DNA of 64,000 bases from Zootoca vivipara (taxonomy: Eukaryota), in contig NC_083282.1 of assembly GCF_963506605.1 (NCBI RefSeq), positions 37,138,001-37,202,000 of the forward strand. Reading direction: 5' to 3'. The first letter of the stretch is position 1. Each line of letters begins with the position of its first letter. Positions 10,273 to 22,668 of this stretch are shown piece after piece. The translations under genes and the position numbers were made by a program. The notes below the pieces were generated by a model, which worked only from the letters and a program-made list of their open reading frames with translations, did no database searches and had not been told where the DNA came from.

Positions 10273-12186
10273 GGTAAGTGTGTATGTAGATACTATTTCA
10301 GCAACACTAGGAAGCCTTAGACTACAAAGACGATGATGGATTTACCTAGTTTTCAGTATACTCCTTCCAAAATACTGTAAATTAAATCAGACCAAGGCTT
10401 CAAACATTCAAGATATCACATGAGATAGGCTCAAACATGCAACTTCTCTCTCTTCAGCAACTCTTACCCTATTCCCGTTTCCTATTTATCATTTATACAT
10501 TTGCAAACTGCTTTGTAATCTTTGCCCTCAAATGATCCTGTCATTGTTCATATTTCAGTCATGTCTAGGGCAATACAATAATCTTATGGCAAAGGTGAGA
10601 TTTGAAACCAGACCTCTTAGTCCAGGCTAACTGTTACCTAGTATTAGAGCACAAGTTTGTCCGTAAGTAATGTGGCCTCAGTCTCAATGCTTTTTGGATC
10701 TTTAGCAGTGGACGCTAGTCCAGGCGATTATGAACAAGCTGTTCCTCTAAGCTTCTGTCAAATCTGCCGTTTCATAGGATTTGAGCTCAAGTGCAACTGC
10801 TTGTCTCTTGGGACCTAACTCACAGGCACTAGATAATAACTGGTTTGCATGCAATGTTAAACCATATTTAAACAGAAACTATTGGTTAATGCAGAGGATC
10901 ACAACACGCACAGCTAATAAAGTGCAAACTTCAGTCCTCCTCTATTCCTGCCATGTAACTAGCCAGAGTCTCGTTTGTCATAATGTCTGAAGCTCATAGC
11001 TGTTTTTCCCCCCTTTACCCAAACAAAGGAGCATTGGGAGGAAGTTTGTTTGAATAAAACAAGCCATGTGTCTGAATGCAATGAAACAGGAGTTGGGAAA
11101 GAGCAAAGCAAACAGCTGTTTGCATTAAACTATAGGTGGATTTTAAAAGGGGGAAATTAGAGGGGCCTTAATATTTTAGGAGTAATGTTTTCTCTTCACA
11201 TTCTGATTTCATGGTACTCTTGGCTTGAGTCCATACCCGTGAATCTCTGGTGCAGTAATAATACTTATTAGTGCTGTGGTCCCCAGTCTTTTGCAGCAAA
11301 CAGTTTCTGAGCCTTGTATGCTATGTCCTGTTTGTTCTGTAATAGCAACTTTTCTCATCATAAATTGGTTTACTGTTTAGGGATGAGATGAAAACCAATT
11401 TATACAGAGCAAGTTATGTACTCTTTTTTTATATGTTGCTAAATATGCTGTTTTGAAAGGCATCAGTTGACTTGCTTAGTGTTTTCTTATTTTTTTTAAA
11501 TGAGAACAACTACCAAATCTGAAAATAGAGTGCAAATTGCAAATACACATATTAGATGCAGAGTCTGCAAAATAATGGTGATATATAATGAAACAAATTT
11601 ATACACAAATTGGCCAGTACAGACATAATCTTAGAGGGCAAGAAGATAATTTATATTGGTTATCTTCCAGTCTCCTCTTCAGTCAAATTTTTCTGTGACA
11701 GGAATAGTAAGTGGATCACAAGTGTGACATGAAGGATCTTCTCGCTCGGCTCACTCTCCTAGCCAGCAGTATCGGGAAAGTTCATTAACCGTTTTTGTTG
11801 TCCTTGGATTTATGAAGAGAGTTGTGGTTTGCACGTTGTTCTCCTTTAGAAATGGCATGTATATTGTGCGTTTTGTTCGCTGACAGTTAGTTAAACTGAA
11901 GGTTGCTCTGCTTTATTTGGAGACATACTTCGTTTTGTTTTATTCCATAAAGTTGCATGCTTACATATAGATTTGCTTTAAACCGGCTTTGTTCCACACA
12001 TCATAGGTTGTCTCACAGATGAGAAAACACACCATGACTTCCCACCCCCTGCCTGAACTTGCTTTGTTTTCCAGCTAACCATAGGTAGGCCAAACAAACT
12101 ATGGCTTAGTGTTTGCGTAAAACCGCTCAGTATAGCTTACAATTCTTACAAACTCTTCAGGACGTCAGAAATTATGATTAGGCATC

Positions 12187-12230
<44 letters not shown>
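12187..12230. repeat. (ATT)n microsatellite
   Basis: Direct inspection. Confidence 0.9.
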
Positions 12231-12231
<1 letters not shown>

Positions 12232-13060
12232 ATGTGTATACTAGCTTTCATCCAAGGCTAGTTCTCAGGGTGGTTGACAACATGTCTGGTATAGTATGCT
12301 AAGGGTTGAGTCAGGCATTTGATGCTAAGGAGGCTGTCGATGAAGAAGTTCAGATGATCATTAGAGAAGCTGACTCTGGAATAGAAATGCAGCCTGCTAT
12401 GGACTGCTTTGTACTCCATCTGAAGTCCCAGGGGGTTCAGGAGCTGGCATAGCTCCTCGATATCCAAGTGGAATGCCTTTGCCCAGCTTCAGCTGGTGTG
12501 CAGGCTGCACCTCTTCCTGAAGTACCAACTCCTCCCACAAGAAGTGACCCAACAGTTGCCATTGATATTAGGCAGATGCCTTATTTTTTTAAGCATGAGC
12601 TTAAAACATTTTTGTTTAGGCAAGTCTACCCTAGTTTTTAATTATTTGTTTTTAACTGTAAACTGCTTAGAGGTTTTGCTACAATCAAGTGGTATGCAAC
12701 TTTCGTTGCAGAAGAAGAAGAAGAAGAAGTTGTGATTGTCACCAAAAGTCATGCCCTGTGTTCTGTTGCCAAGGGAGTACACTTGTCAATGACACAAAAC
12801 CAGGGCTTTTTCAGTGACAGTACCCTGGTTGTGGGACTCTCTGTAGTTCAGCTGGTCTTGCCTTTGATGGCTTTTAAGCAGGCAGTCAAGATCTTTTTAT
12901 TCTGCCCAGCTTTTCATGGTTCTTAAGTGGTGGTTAATTTTTCTCTCTTGATGCTTTTTTTTATTGATTTGTTTTTAATATTTTTTATTGCTCTCACTTC
13001 ATTGTAGGGTACGGCATGTGGCCTTATGGACTGCTGGGGGTGGAGTGAGTCTGGGGGAAA

Positions 13061-13062
<2 letters not shown>

Positions 13063-13109
<47 letters not shown>
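13063..13109. repeat. (GA)n microsatellite
   Basis: Direct inspection. Confidence 0.95.
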
Positions 13110-13114
<5 letters not shown>

Positions 13115-16100
13115 GCATATGCACATGGGTTAAACCATGGTTAATGGCATGCCAATTGCTTTTGCTTCATTCTTTCCCTCTAGCAAGTGGGAGCAGCAGA
13201 CCATAGCCCTCTGCTTACTTTTATACTTGAACCAAGGATCGTGGTTTGTTGTTGTGCTCCTCACTTTCATGGCAAACAGTGGTCCCTTGTGTGCAAACGC
13301 AGCCATGTTATAACTTAACCATCCCCTGATTTGTGACCACAAGGCATGTGATACCTTCATCATCTTACGTACCGTACCTTCTTTCTACAAATCTACTGAT
13401 CGAACTATATAGCATGAGAAGAATAAATGCAGAATTTCCTAGAGATGACCTAAAGTATTTATCTCTCTCTCTCTCTCTCCCCCGCCCCCCATATATGAGG
13501 GGGAAATCCCAGCTGTTTTGAAGCCTGTGGTATTGGAGCCTTCCAGGATTAAAAGCAAGTGCTGACTCTTATTGAAAAGCTGTGCGATCCATTCTCCCTG
13601 CAAGGCTGACTGTTTTCAAAACACTGATACATTCATGTAGAGAAAAGCCATTCCTGGCTTACCTTGAGCTGTGCAGCAAGAAGTGGAAAGGGGTTTTAAA
13701 TTTGGCATGGGAAAGGAGGATCATTGGTTTTCAGGGTGGTTGGGGAGATATTTTAAAATGTAAGGTTAGGTTTCAGAGATTTAGGATGAGAAGGAAGCCA
13801 GATGGGAAATTTAACACATGGATAGTCAAAGGTAGGAAATGCAGAGAACCAATAATTTTAAATGCTTTTTTTTTGGATTAGGTTGCCGTCGGACCCATGG
13901 GTAAAAAGTCCCCCGGTTAAGCAGCTAAAATTAATGGCGTTAGGGAGGGGTTCCTATGAAGAAGTTCATCGAATGCTCATTGCATTAATTTCAAATTTGT
14001 CCAAATAATATATATCACTGCAGTTTTCAAGGAAACATATGACCATTTCCTCCTTAGAGTTGATAATGCAAAATGTGTCATTGAAAAAGAAATTAATTGA
14101 AAATACAGAGGAATGCATGCATAAGTGTGTGTGCTGCTACACATGTGTGCGTGAGAGGGAGGGAGGGAGAGGGAAAGATATATTTCAGTTTTGTATCTCT
14201 CAGTGGTAAGATGAAGATTTTCCAAACTGTGGATTATAGCTACTTAAATTATGATGAGTGGATTGTTGAAAGCAGCTATAGTTGATACTGAAGCCTAGGA
14301 AATACTCTGTTCTGAGCTTAAAAACCACAAACAAAGCATATTTTTATTTACTGCTCTCTTTCATTTGATATCACTTTGTGAATTCCATTTTAAACTAAGT
14401 GTTCAGTGTTTGGGGAAAGATTTTCAAAAGCAAAATGTGGCATTTACATCTCATCGGATGTTGCTATGTATGGCACGCTTTGTCGTTGCCTGGGAAAAGC
14501 TGTCCCTTGGGTTTCATTCACATGCCGGCCTTTTAAAAGGTAATTGTACTTCCTGGCTACCAAATCCCTAAGTAGATGCGGTGACTTTCCCCCTACATCC
14601 ATAATTAATGCAGTAGTGGCATCTGCATTCGGGGGGTCATAAGAATATGTTACAGAACACAATATACTGATTCTGTGGGGCTGCCGCCACGAGATACTAG
14701 ACAGTTGAACTTTCCATAGGCATGATTTACATGGTGGGACTTGCATCTGTCATTTTAGAAGTTCTCTCAAATGCCACAGCTCAGATTGTGTATGCATGTG
14801 ATTGGTGGGAAAGAAATCGTTGCCTGGTCCCTAACAAAAATGCTGCTCTACCTGGTATTTGCTAACCCTAGTCTCAGGATAGTTCTAGGCATTTCAGGCA
14901 AATTGCATTGCTGTGTTCCTTTGCGTGCCCATCTAGATTAAAGGTCATGAAGGCTCTGTGCTGAACCATATTAGGGTTTTGTTACAGAGGCAGGGATAAA
15001 GACACACAGAGCCTCAGCCCAGTCATGTATTTTCCCCTTAAATCCTCTGCAACACAAGCAATACTGTGTGCTTGGTCAAGCAGTATAGCCTGATCACGTT
15101 TCCAAGTTACATGTTGATAAAATCATTTTGCCACTGGAAACACAGCGGAGGCTTCTCTATCTTGTGACCAGGGATCACTTGCTCTGCTTTGAATTGTGCC
15201 CTTCGAGGATAGACATTTTTTCCCTGGCATGCCTCCTTGAACATGCCAGCACAGGCAGAAATTCAACTAGAGCAGCTTTTCCTAGCAGGCCTCTTTACCT
15301 TTTGTCTGGCTGCTTTCATGCAAGGCTCCCAGTGACAGCAGCCCCAGGTGGGCAATCCGGTATTCCAAACCTCTCCCATAGGTATGCCCCAAAACGTGGC
15401 AAAATCCTGCTCAGCAGCTTATCAGGCATTTTGCGTAATGGTTAGAGCATACAGGCAGGGATTGTTCCAAAGCAGTGGTCATTCTAGGGTAGCAAAGGTA
15501 ACTTTCTGGAGTGCTTACCCATTTGCTAAAGGCCATCGCTGCTGAAGCCTACGTATCTATCTGCCTATTTAAAAACCTGCATGTTAAACTCAAAGGCACT
15601 TCTTTATTTAGGGGCCAGTGGTGTAAATAGACTGTCCCTGTTTGACAGGAGTAGGACATAAAGGTAATCTTAAAACAAAACAACACAGTATAATTGTTCT
15701 GAAGCACAAGTATTGGCTATAAAGCATGCTCCAGGTTTTAGATAATTTATGGAGAAGCAGCTTGCTCTGTACAAACATCACTCATTCTCAGCCCAGATTT
15801 CACGTTGCTTGTGACACAGACAAACTCAAAGGTAAATATTTTACTAGCTGGTATAATTGAATTGGCCTTGAAACTGCACGGGGCTTGAAAACCTAACATT
15901 TTCAGAATTGGAAGAAAAGAACACCCCTTTTCTTGGATTATACGATGTGTACCTGCTGTACAGTAACAAACAGGCTGTCAACTAAAGATTGCATTTGTGA
16001 GAATATGTATTTTCTCAGGAAACTTGTTAGAAGAGAAGGTGGCCACTTTTATTTCTACTTCTAAAGCAATTTTCTTCTAAATTACCTGGCAAACCCTCTC

Positions 16101-16242
16101 AAAGCTGCAGAATTTTAAAGCAGCTTGCCATTCCATAGTATTTTCTTGTTTTTTTTTTAAAATCTGATAAAGTAGATTACTTTGAGGACAGAATTTTGCC
16201 ATGAGTTCTGTGGGTTTCCTTCCCTCAAATGCTTTCTTGCTA

Positions 16243-16274
16243 TGAAGAAGAAGATGAAGATGAAGATGAAGAAG

Positions 16275-16305
<31 letters not shown>

Positions 16306-16548
16306 TGTTGTTGTTTGGATTTGATATCCCGCTTTATCACTACCCAAAGGAGTCTCAAAGCGGCTAACATTCTCCTTTCCCTTCCTCCCCCACAACAAAC
16401 ACTCTGTGAGGTGAGTGGGGCTGAGAGACTTCAGAGAAGTGTGTCTAGCCCAAGGTCACCCAGCAGCTGCATATGGACGAGCGAGTCGCGGACACAGTTC
16501 ACCAGATTACGAGTCTACCACTCTTAACCACTACACCACACATGGCTC
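16243..16548 (-). mobile_element. MIR/Ther1-derived CORE SINE (Squam3-like) with (GAA)n tail
   Basis: Near-identical reverse complement of the 8705 copy. Confidence 0.85.
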
Positions 16549-18395
16549 ATGAATGAGACATGATAGAGCAAACACCCAGATGATCTTCCGTGGTGCATTC
16601 TAAGTATATTGCTGTGCACAAGTCATTCAGCTGTGTTTTCTAAATAATATCCAGCCTTTGCCTCAGGGGGAAAGATGCGGATATTTTACATAAGTGAGAA
16701 AGAGGAGTTCACCATCACATAATAGGAACAAGCTACATAAAGAAACATCTGCCATGAGCTCCCGTGGCTAAAGAATTTAATTGAAAAATATTAATTTATA
16801 GGTCACTACTTATTCTTTAGTATACCTAAACATACAATAAAGTAATGTGTTTTCCTGCTATCTAAAGCACATTTCAACCCAAGGCATGGCCTTAGGCTTC
16901 ACTTAATGAGTAACCCCACTGAACTAAATAGAACCAAGTAAACATGCATGGGATTGCAATGCTATTGTTATTCCTGCCATATATTCATATGAGGGGATCT
17001 CTGCTGTTGCGGCACCCCTTAGGTCACGCTGCCACCCATTAGCAGGTCCTGACCCCACCAGTTGCAGAGCGCACTGCTGGCCTTAAACAAAACATCAGTA
17101 GCCAAGGAAGGGCACTCCCTTAATGAGACTTAACTTTTCCCATAGCGGTTGGAAATTGCTGCAGATATCACTTTGTCTGGTGTGTGCCTGCAGGAGGGCC
17201 ACCCTGAGTCCAGCCCTCCCTCTGCCGTGCCTGTAGTCTTCATCTTGTATTTAATGGGGTGTGAATCAGTGTTGCGGGTGTTTAATCAGCCCCCTCTTGC
17301 CCCCTCAAACTGCTTGATGTGGAATAAGAAAGCAAAAGTGTGTGTGTGTGGGGGGGGGAAATCCACCTCCACAGGATACGAATGTTTTCTCTGAGCAGTC
17401 TCGTGTCTCTTGATGGTTTTCCCTCTACATGCACCAGTGTTTTAGATAAGTTAAGCAGAGAAAGGGGAGATAGACACTATACAGTTAAAAGGGAGGGGGG
17501 GAAGCATAGAGATTTAAAAATGCTAAATTAGTTTAAAAGCGGATTACATTGCCCTTTTCAAGATACAGCCTAAATCTTTAGATTTCTACTTGGCTTGAAT
17601 AATGCTGTTTGACATTAATGCAGTCTTGCAGTGGCTTCTGTTCAGCAAGAAGAACAAGAGGAAACTCTGCCATTGCGAATATCTGTTAAGGAATTGATTG
17701 GTTGCTGAAGTGGAAACGGCTTGATATACATCTTGTGAATTTCTATGGGTGATATTCGGAGGGCCATCTGGAAAACAAAGTTACATTTTTTTAAAAAAGA
17801 AAAATGTTCTCACAGCAGGGACGGGGGAGATGGGAGCATAATAAAAATAAATAAACGATGCCAGAGGGGTATGTGAGACCCTCAACTCAGAGGGTTTTTA
17901 GTGATGAGACAACTATTCTTTTTCCACCATTGGATTGTGCAAATAAATAAAAATTTGTTTGGCTGGTATTTCTTTCTTGGCTAGTTTTAGAAAATAGCAT
18001 TTATTTACGTACTAAAAAAAAAAGGGCATTTTTGGTGGGGAAAAATATGGCTTCAGTAGCCAGCTGTGCAAGAGAAGCTTTTTATTTCTCTGTATCTGGG
18101 GGAAGCCACACAGACACAAAATGATTCTAAAATTTAAACTTAAAATAAAAACAAAAATGGCTTCCTCACGCCAGCTAGAATTGTCCGTGTACCTAACTAA
18201 GGCAACAGGAGATGGTCTCTTTGTGCTCCACTGATGTGCGGGGTAGGCTGTGGCTTTGAGAGCATGATTGGTTTGTGCGAACAGGTGATGTCTAAACTAC
18301 TCTTAAGGGTTTCTGCAAAATGCCAGCAGAAGCTACCTAAGGGCCAGCTTGACCATGAAGCTTTTGTGAAGGTGGAGCCAGTGGGTCTTCATGGC

Positions 18396-18710
18396 ATTTG
18401 CTTGATAAAGGCGCTCCATTTTGCAACTCCCACTGCTCTGTAATATGGCTGGCACATACCATTTTCTGCAATGGCTCCCTGCTTGTGGAATGCTCTCCCC
18501 AGGGAGGCTTGCCTGGCACCTTCATTACGTATATTACATATATTGAGGTGCCAGGGAAAAACATTCCAATCTATGGCCTTTTGAACTGTGTGTAGGGTTT
18601 TTTAAAAAATTGTTTTGGTTTGTTACTATGTTAAGTATTTTGTGTTTTTATATTGTAAACTGCCCTGTGATCCTTGGATGAAGGGCAGTAAGAAATTTAA
18701 CAAATAATTA
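18396..18710 (+). mobile_element. Old L2 LINE 3' fragment
   Basis: ggctccctgcttgtggaatgctctccc and tgtaaactgccctgtgatcc...gaagggcagta stem typical of L2 3' ends. Confidence 0.55.
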
Positions 18711-18743
18711 AAAAAAAAAAGCCACCACCTAAAGACCTGGTTA

Positions 18744-19020
18744 CCGTATTATCCGGTGAATAAGATGACTGGGCGTATAAGACAACCCCCAACTTTTCCA
18801 GTTAAAATATAGAGTTTGGGATATACTCGCCATATAAGACTACTCCTCTTCCTACGATCGTCCTTGGGCCGGACATGCCCACACTGCCCATTTCCGAAAT
18901 GTTCGCAGCGCCAGAAATCGCTTCTGCGGCTGCGTATAAGACCCGGCGTATAAGACAACCCCCAACATTTGAGAAGATTTTCCTAGGTTAAAAAGTAGTC
19001 TTATACGCAGGAAAATACAG
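18744..19020. mobile_element. Tc1/mariner (pogo/Tigger-like) MITE
   Basis: Imperfect TIRs CCGTATTATCCGGTGAATAAGA / TCTTATACGCAGGAAAATACAG, TA flanks, repeated gcgtataagac motif. Confidence 0.75.
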
Positions 19021-20501
19021 TATTTGTCCTGGCTTTCAATAATATCTGACGCCGATATGAATGGTTTTTGGTTGACTGGTTGTGACTTACCTGCCTGGCT
19101 TTTAATAAGTGTGTTGTGAATTTGAAACTCTTTTAGTAAGTAACCTTTCTCAAGTCGCTGTGCAATGAAGTTGGGTAAGAAATGTTTTGAATGGATTTAT
19201 ATTTTTAAAATATAATAATAAAATACATTGCACAACATGTATTCAAGCCACTTTTGCAGCACCATAGCTGAATCAACTTTGAGTAATGTTGCAGTGATTC
19301 AAATACGGTTTGATGCTTGAGTAGATGATGAAACATTCATATCCGTGATCTTAATTTTAACTCTGCACAGAACCACTGTGCCAACAGCATGCCAGTCTGG
19401 ACAATTCCAGTTTGCCCATCATGTGAGTGCCATTTAGAACAATATGGAATATCGCAATAAGAATTTCATGACCAACTTGACTTTTATGGAAACAACTTAT
19501 CGGAAGCATTTCTCTCTCTTTTTTTACTCTTAAAACATTCAGCATGCTTTCATGCGCAGCCCAAAAAAGAATTGCTTGAACTCAGCTAGAGGACAAGGAG
19601 AGGACAGAGGGTGAAGAAAGAGCTGTGAGTGGAAGGTGGGCTTTTCCCACCCTTCCAACCCCATGGGAAACTCAACAAACCTGGTGTGGTCCATGCACCC
19701 CAGGGGTTCCATCCATGGATGGGGTCGGAGGACTGGACACAAACAATGGTTTCCCCATTGCAGTAATATACATGCATGCAAAATTGTGTGCGCGCGTGAA
19801 TACAGTTTCCTGGGAAGGGGTTCCATATAGATTCTCAAAGGGGGTCTGTGACCGCCTCCAAAAAATGTTTAAAACCACCGCTATAGAGTAGTCTGATATG
19901 CCTGCATTTAAATTTTAATTAGCTGATTATAAATTATTAAAGCTATTGAAATAAAGTTTTGTAATTTAACACTGGCATCGAACCAGTATTCTTCTGGGTC
20001 AGAGAAGTATTTTTTTTGTCTGCGATGTGATTACATATTAATGACATTGTGTCCCTCAGAGGCTTCTGTTTTAGTGGACGCAGTGGATTGGATCAGGAGA
20101 AAATGGCGCAGTAGGGAGATGAAGAAAGCTGACTTCCCTGCCCCTGCTTCCTTCCCCCCCCCTCCGCGCGCAATGCCTAGCTCCCCACAAAGCCTCCCCT
20201 AAGGGTTGGGAGTCCTGCTGAATTGGAGGGTGGTCTGTAGCATGGGCAGGAAGGGAGGCAGTCTTCAAAATCAGACTGAGCCAGTATGTTTAAGCACCCA
20301 GTATTAAACCTTATGCAGCCAAAATTATCCAGTGAACTCCCAAGTGCACAAACCCTGACCACTCATTAAAATGCTCCATTGTATTCATCTTTGCATTGCA
20401 GCAATCCTGGGAAGAAGCGGTCATTTCCATTTTAAAAACTGGAGTTTGTTCTCCCACGTGGTAACTTACTTTCTTTGGTCTTTTTGTTGTCGCTGCCACA
20501 G

Positions 20502-20678
20502 GCCATTAAAATCAGAGAGCGCTGCAATTGCCCAGCTCTGCCTGGACAGGACCCACGCCTTGCTTTCAAACTGGCCAAGCAACAAATTCTGCAAGACGAG
20601 GGAGGCCTAAACCTCACTCACGATGCTCTTTACAGAACAAAGGAGAAGACACACGTGGACATAGTAGCTGAGAAATAA
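20502..20678 (+). CDS. OMA1: OMA1 terminal coding exon (AIKIRERCNCPALPGQDPRLAFKL...VAEK*)
   Basis: Pyrimidine tract+cag acceptor ending 20501; matches human [24 protein letters not shown]; TAA at 20676-20678. Confidence 0.94.
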   Translation, partial: AIKIRERCNCPALPGQDPRLAFKLAKQQILQDEGGLNLTHDALYRTKEKTHVDIVAEK

Positions 20679-21386
20679 CTCTGCGGGTAAAGGCAGAAAT
20701 GCTTCATGGATTAACGTTACCTAACTTCTCAAGGCAAGTACTGTGCTTTTCAGGAGACTGCTTTGGAAATTTGAAGTGTCCAGACTGACAGACAGTGCTA
20801 TTAATTCATGGCCACAATTTTTGACAGTGATGTGGCTCTGGAACTCGGCTCTTGGATGGATTTGCAGAAGAATGCTTCATATGCACAAGGAATATGAGGA
20901 AGAGAACAGGAAACCTTTGTCTGCATGGGGGCGGGGGTGTTGAGCAGTGCCCCAGAGGGTACTCCCATACATAATGCATGTATAACCAGGCTGCAATAGC
21001 AAATCCCCTTGTACACCAAAATGTTAGTCTGACTATCAGAACTATGTCTTTTCCGAATCATGTTATAATCTCCTCCACCCCCCCACCCCCCGTTTCCCAA
21101 TGGATGTCTCAAAGGGATATCCAGCTGAGTATGGTGGGGAGGGCAGGGATATTGGACAAATGGAAACATTGCTTCTGTCTAAATGTCTATCCAATGCAAT
21201 GCAGTTTTAGGTTGTATCCCCAGGCTCCAGTTGGATACAGATCTGTCCCTTTGTCGCAAATAATGAAATAGTACCCCTTACCTGTGTAAATCCTCTTGAA
21301 TTTGTTGCAAGCTCAGTTAGTTTTGTCCAATGATATTTATAAAAATAATGTTAATAATTCGCTGCCTTTTACAAGGATCAAGATGC

Positions 21387-21392
21387 AATAAA
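21387..21392 (+). promoter_or_regulatory. Candidate OMA1 polyadenylation signal (AATAAA)
   Basis: AATAAA ~710 nt after the stop, followed by GT-rich sequence (gtggtctgttt). Confidence 0.45.
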
Positions 21393-21837
21393 CTGACCAG
21401 TGGTCTGTTTCGAATATCACCTAATTGGTTGACCTGCTGTTGGGATTCCCTCTCTTTGTACTCTCTAAAAGGCAGATTGAGTCAACATTTCACTTTGAAG
21501 CAATCCCAAGGGACCGTGGAGTTAACCTTACAATGTAAACATGTTTGTAAGGCACAAGACAAAATTTTATTGGATAAAACCTGACATACAGCACTAAGGA
21601 GTGCAGTAGATTATTTGTCGGTGTCATTTAAGTAAACAGAATACCACTTGGAAAGGTTAAATTAGTTACAGTAGACCTTGTCCTGGTCAGATCAGTGCTT
21701 GAAAACCCAGTGATTGATGCTCAAGGAAACTCCCTGGAGTTGGATGATGTGCTGTGAGGTGCCTGCTAGTGATTTTAAAACCACATAGTCCAGGCACTGA
21801 TTTTTTTATGGGTAAGCGTTTTGAGGCATAACTTCAC

Positions 21838-22172
21838 TGCTGACCCGCCACCCACGTGGAGTAAATAAGACACAAGCACACAAGATTTTAGGTTAATGGA
21901 TAAAATAAGGCCACCACTTTATTGGTTATAGTATGTGAGTGGTATTGGCTTAGGCATTGGACAGGAACACAACACGTGACTCCACCAGACTAGTGTGGAG
22001 CTGGAAGCAGAGTGAGAAAATTCCCGCTGCCGCAGCTGCTCAACAGCAGCCAGACTCCGCCTCCCAGCGAGCCCTATTGGCCAGATGAGCGGCTTAACAC
22101 GGCAGCGAGGAAGGGCTGATGCAGGGGGCCGAACACGCCCCCCTGCAAGCACGGGAGGCTGGCCCCACCCAC
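21838..22172 (-). mobile_element. Possible solo terminal repeat of an LTR or tyrosine-recombinase (DIRS/Ngaro-like) retroelement
   Basis: GC/CpG-enriched island; minus-strand ccaataaagtggtggcc...gtgtcttattt polyA-signal region; TG..CA ends; no TSD. Confidence 0.35.
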
Positions 22173-22479
22173 AACTCCTCCCCTCTGGAATGGAGGAGAG
22201 GTCTTACTGGACCATAATACTCCTTTGCTCCTTGTTGTCCTTGCAGAGTTCCTCATTTTCACCTCATGTTCCTGTTCTCCTGAATATGCCTGCATTAAAG
22301 TTTCAGCCATGGTTGCTAGAGTGCATTTTGCTGCTATCCAACACTGAAATGGTTCTCTGAGTTCTATCCTTTCTATGGAGTGCAGACTATTGGGAAATAT
22401 ACACACACACACACACACGTTAGCTTACTCTGGAAAACTGAAATTCCTCCGCTTCATACTGCAGAACAAATATTAAATG

Positions 22480-22668
22480 CAGTCATACCTCGGTTTAAGT
22501 ACGCTTCGGTTTGAGTACTTTCAGTTTAAGTACTCCGCGGACCCGTCTGGAATGGATTAATCCACATTCCATTACTTTCAATGGGAAAGTTCACTTCAGG
22601 TTAAGTACGCTTCAGGTTAAGAACAGACTTCCGGAACCAATTGTGTACTTACAACGGAGGTACCACTG
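22480..22668. mobile_element. Tc1/mariner MITE (same family as 40788-41214)
   Basis: TIRs CAGTCATACCTCGG / CGGAGGTACCACTG; internal ccattactttcaatgg palindrome. Confidence 0.8.
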
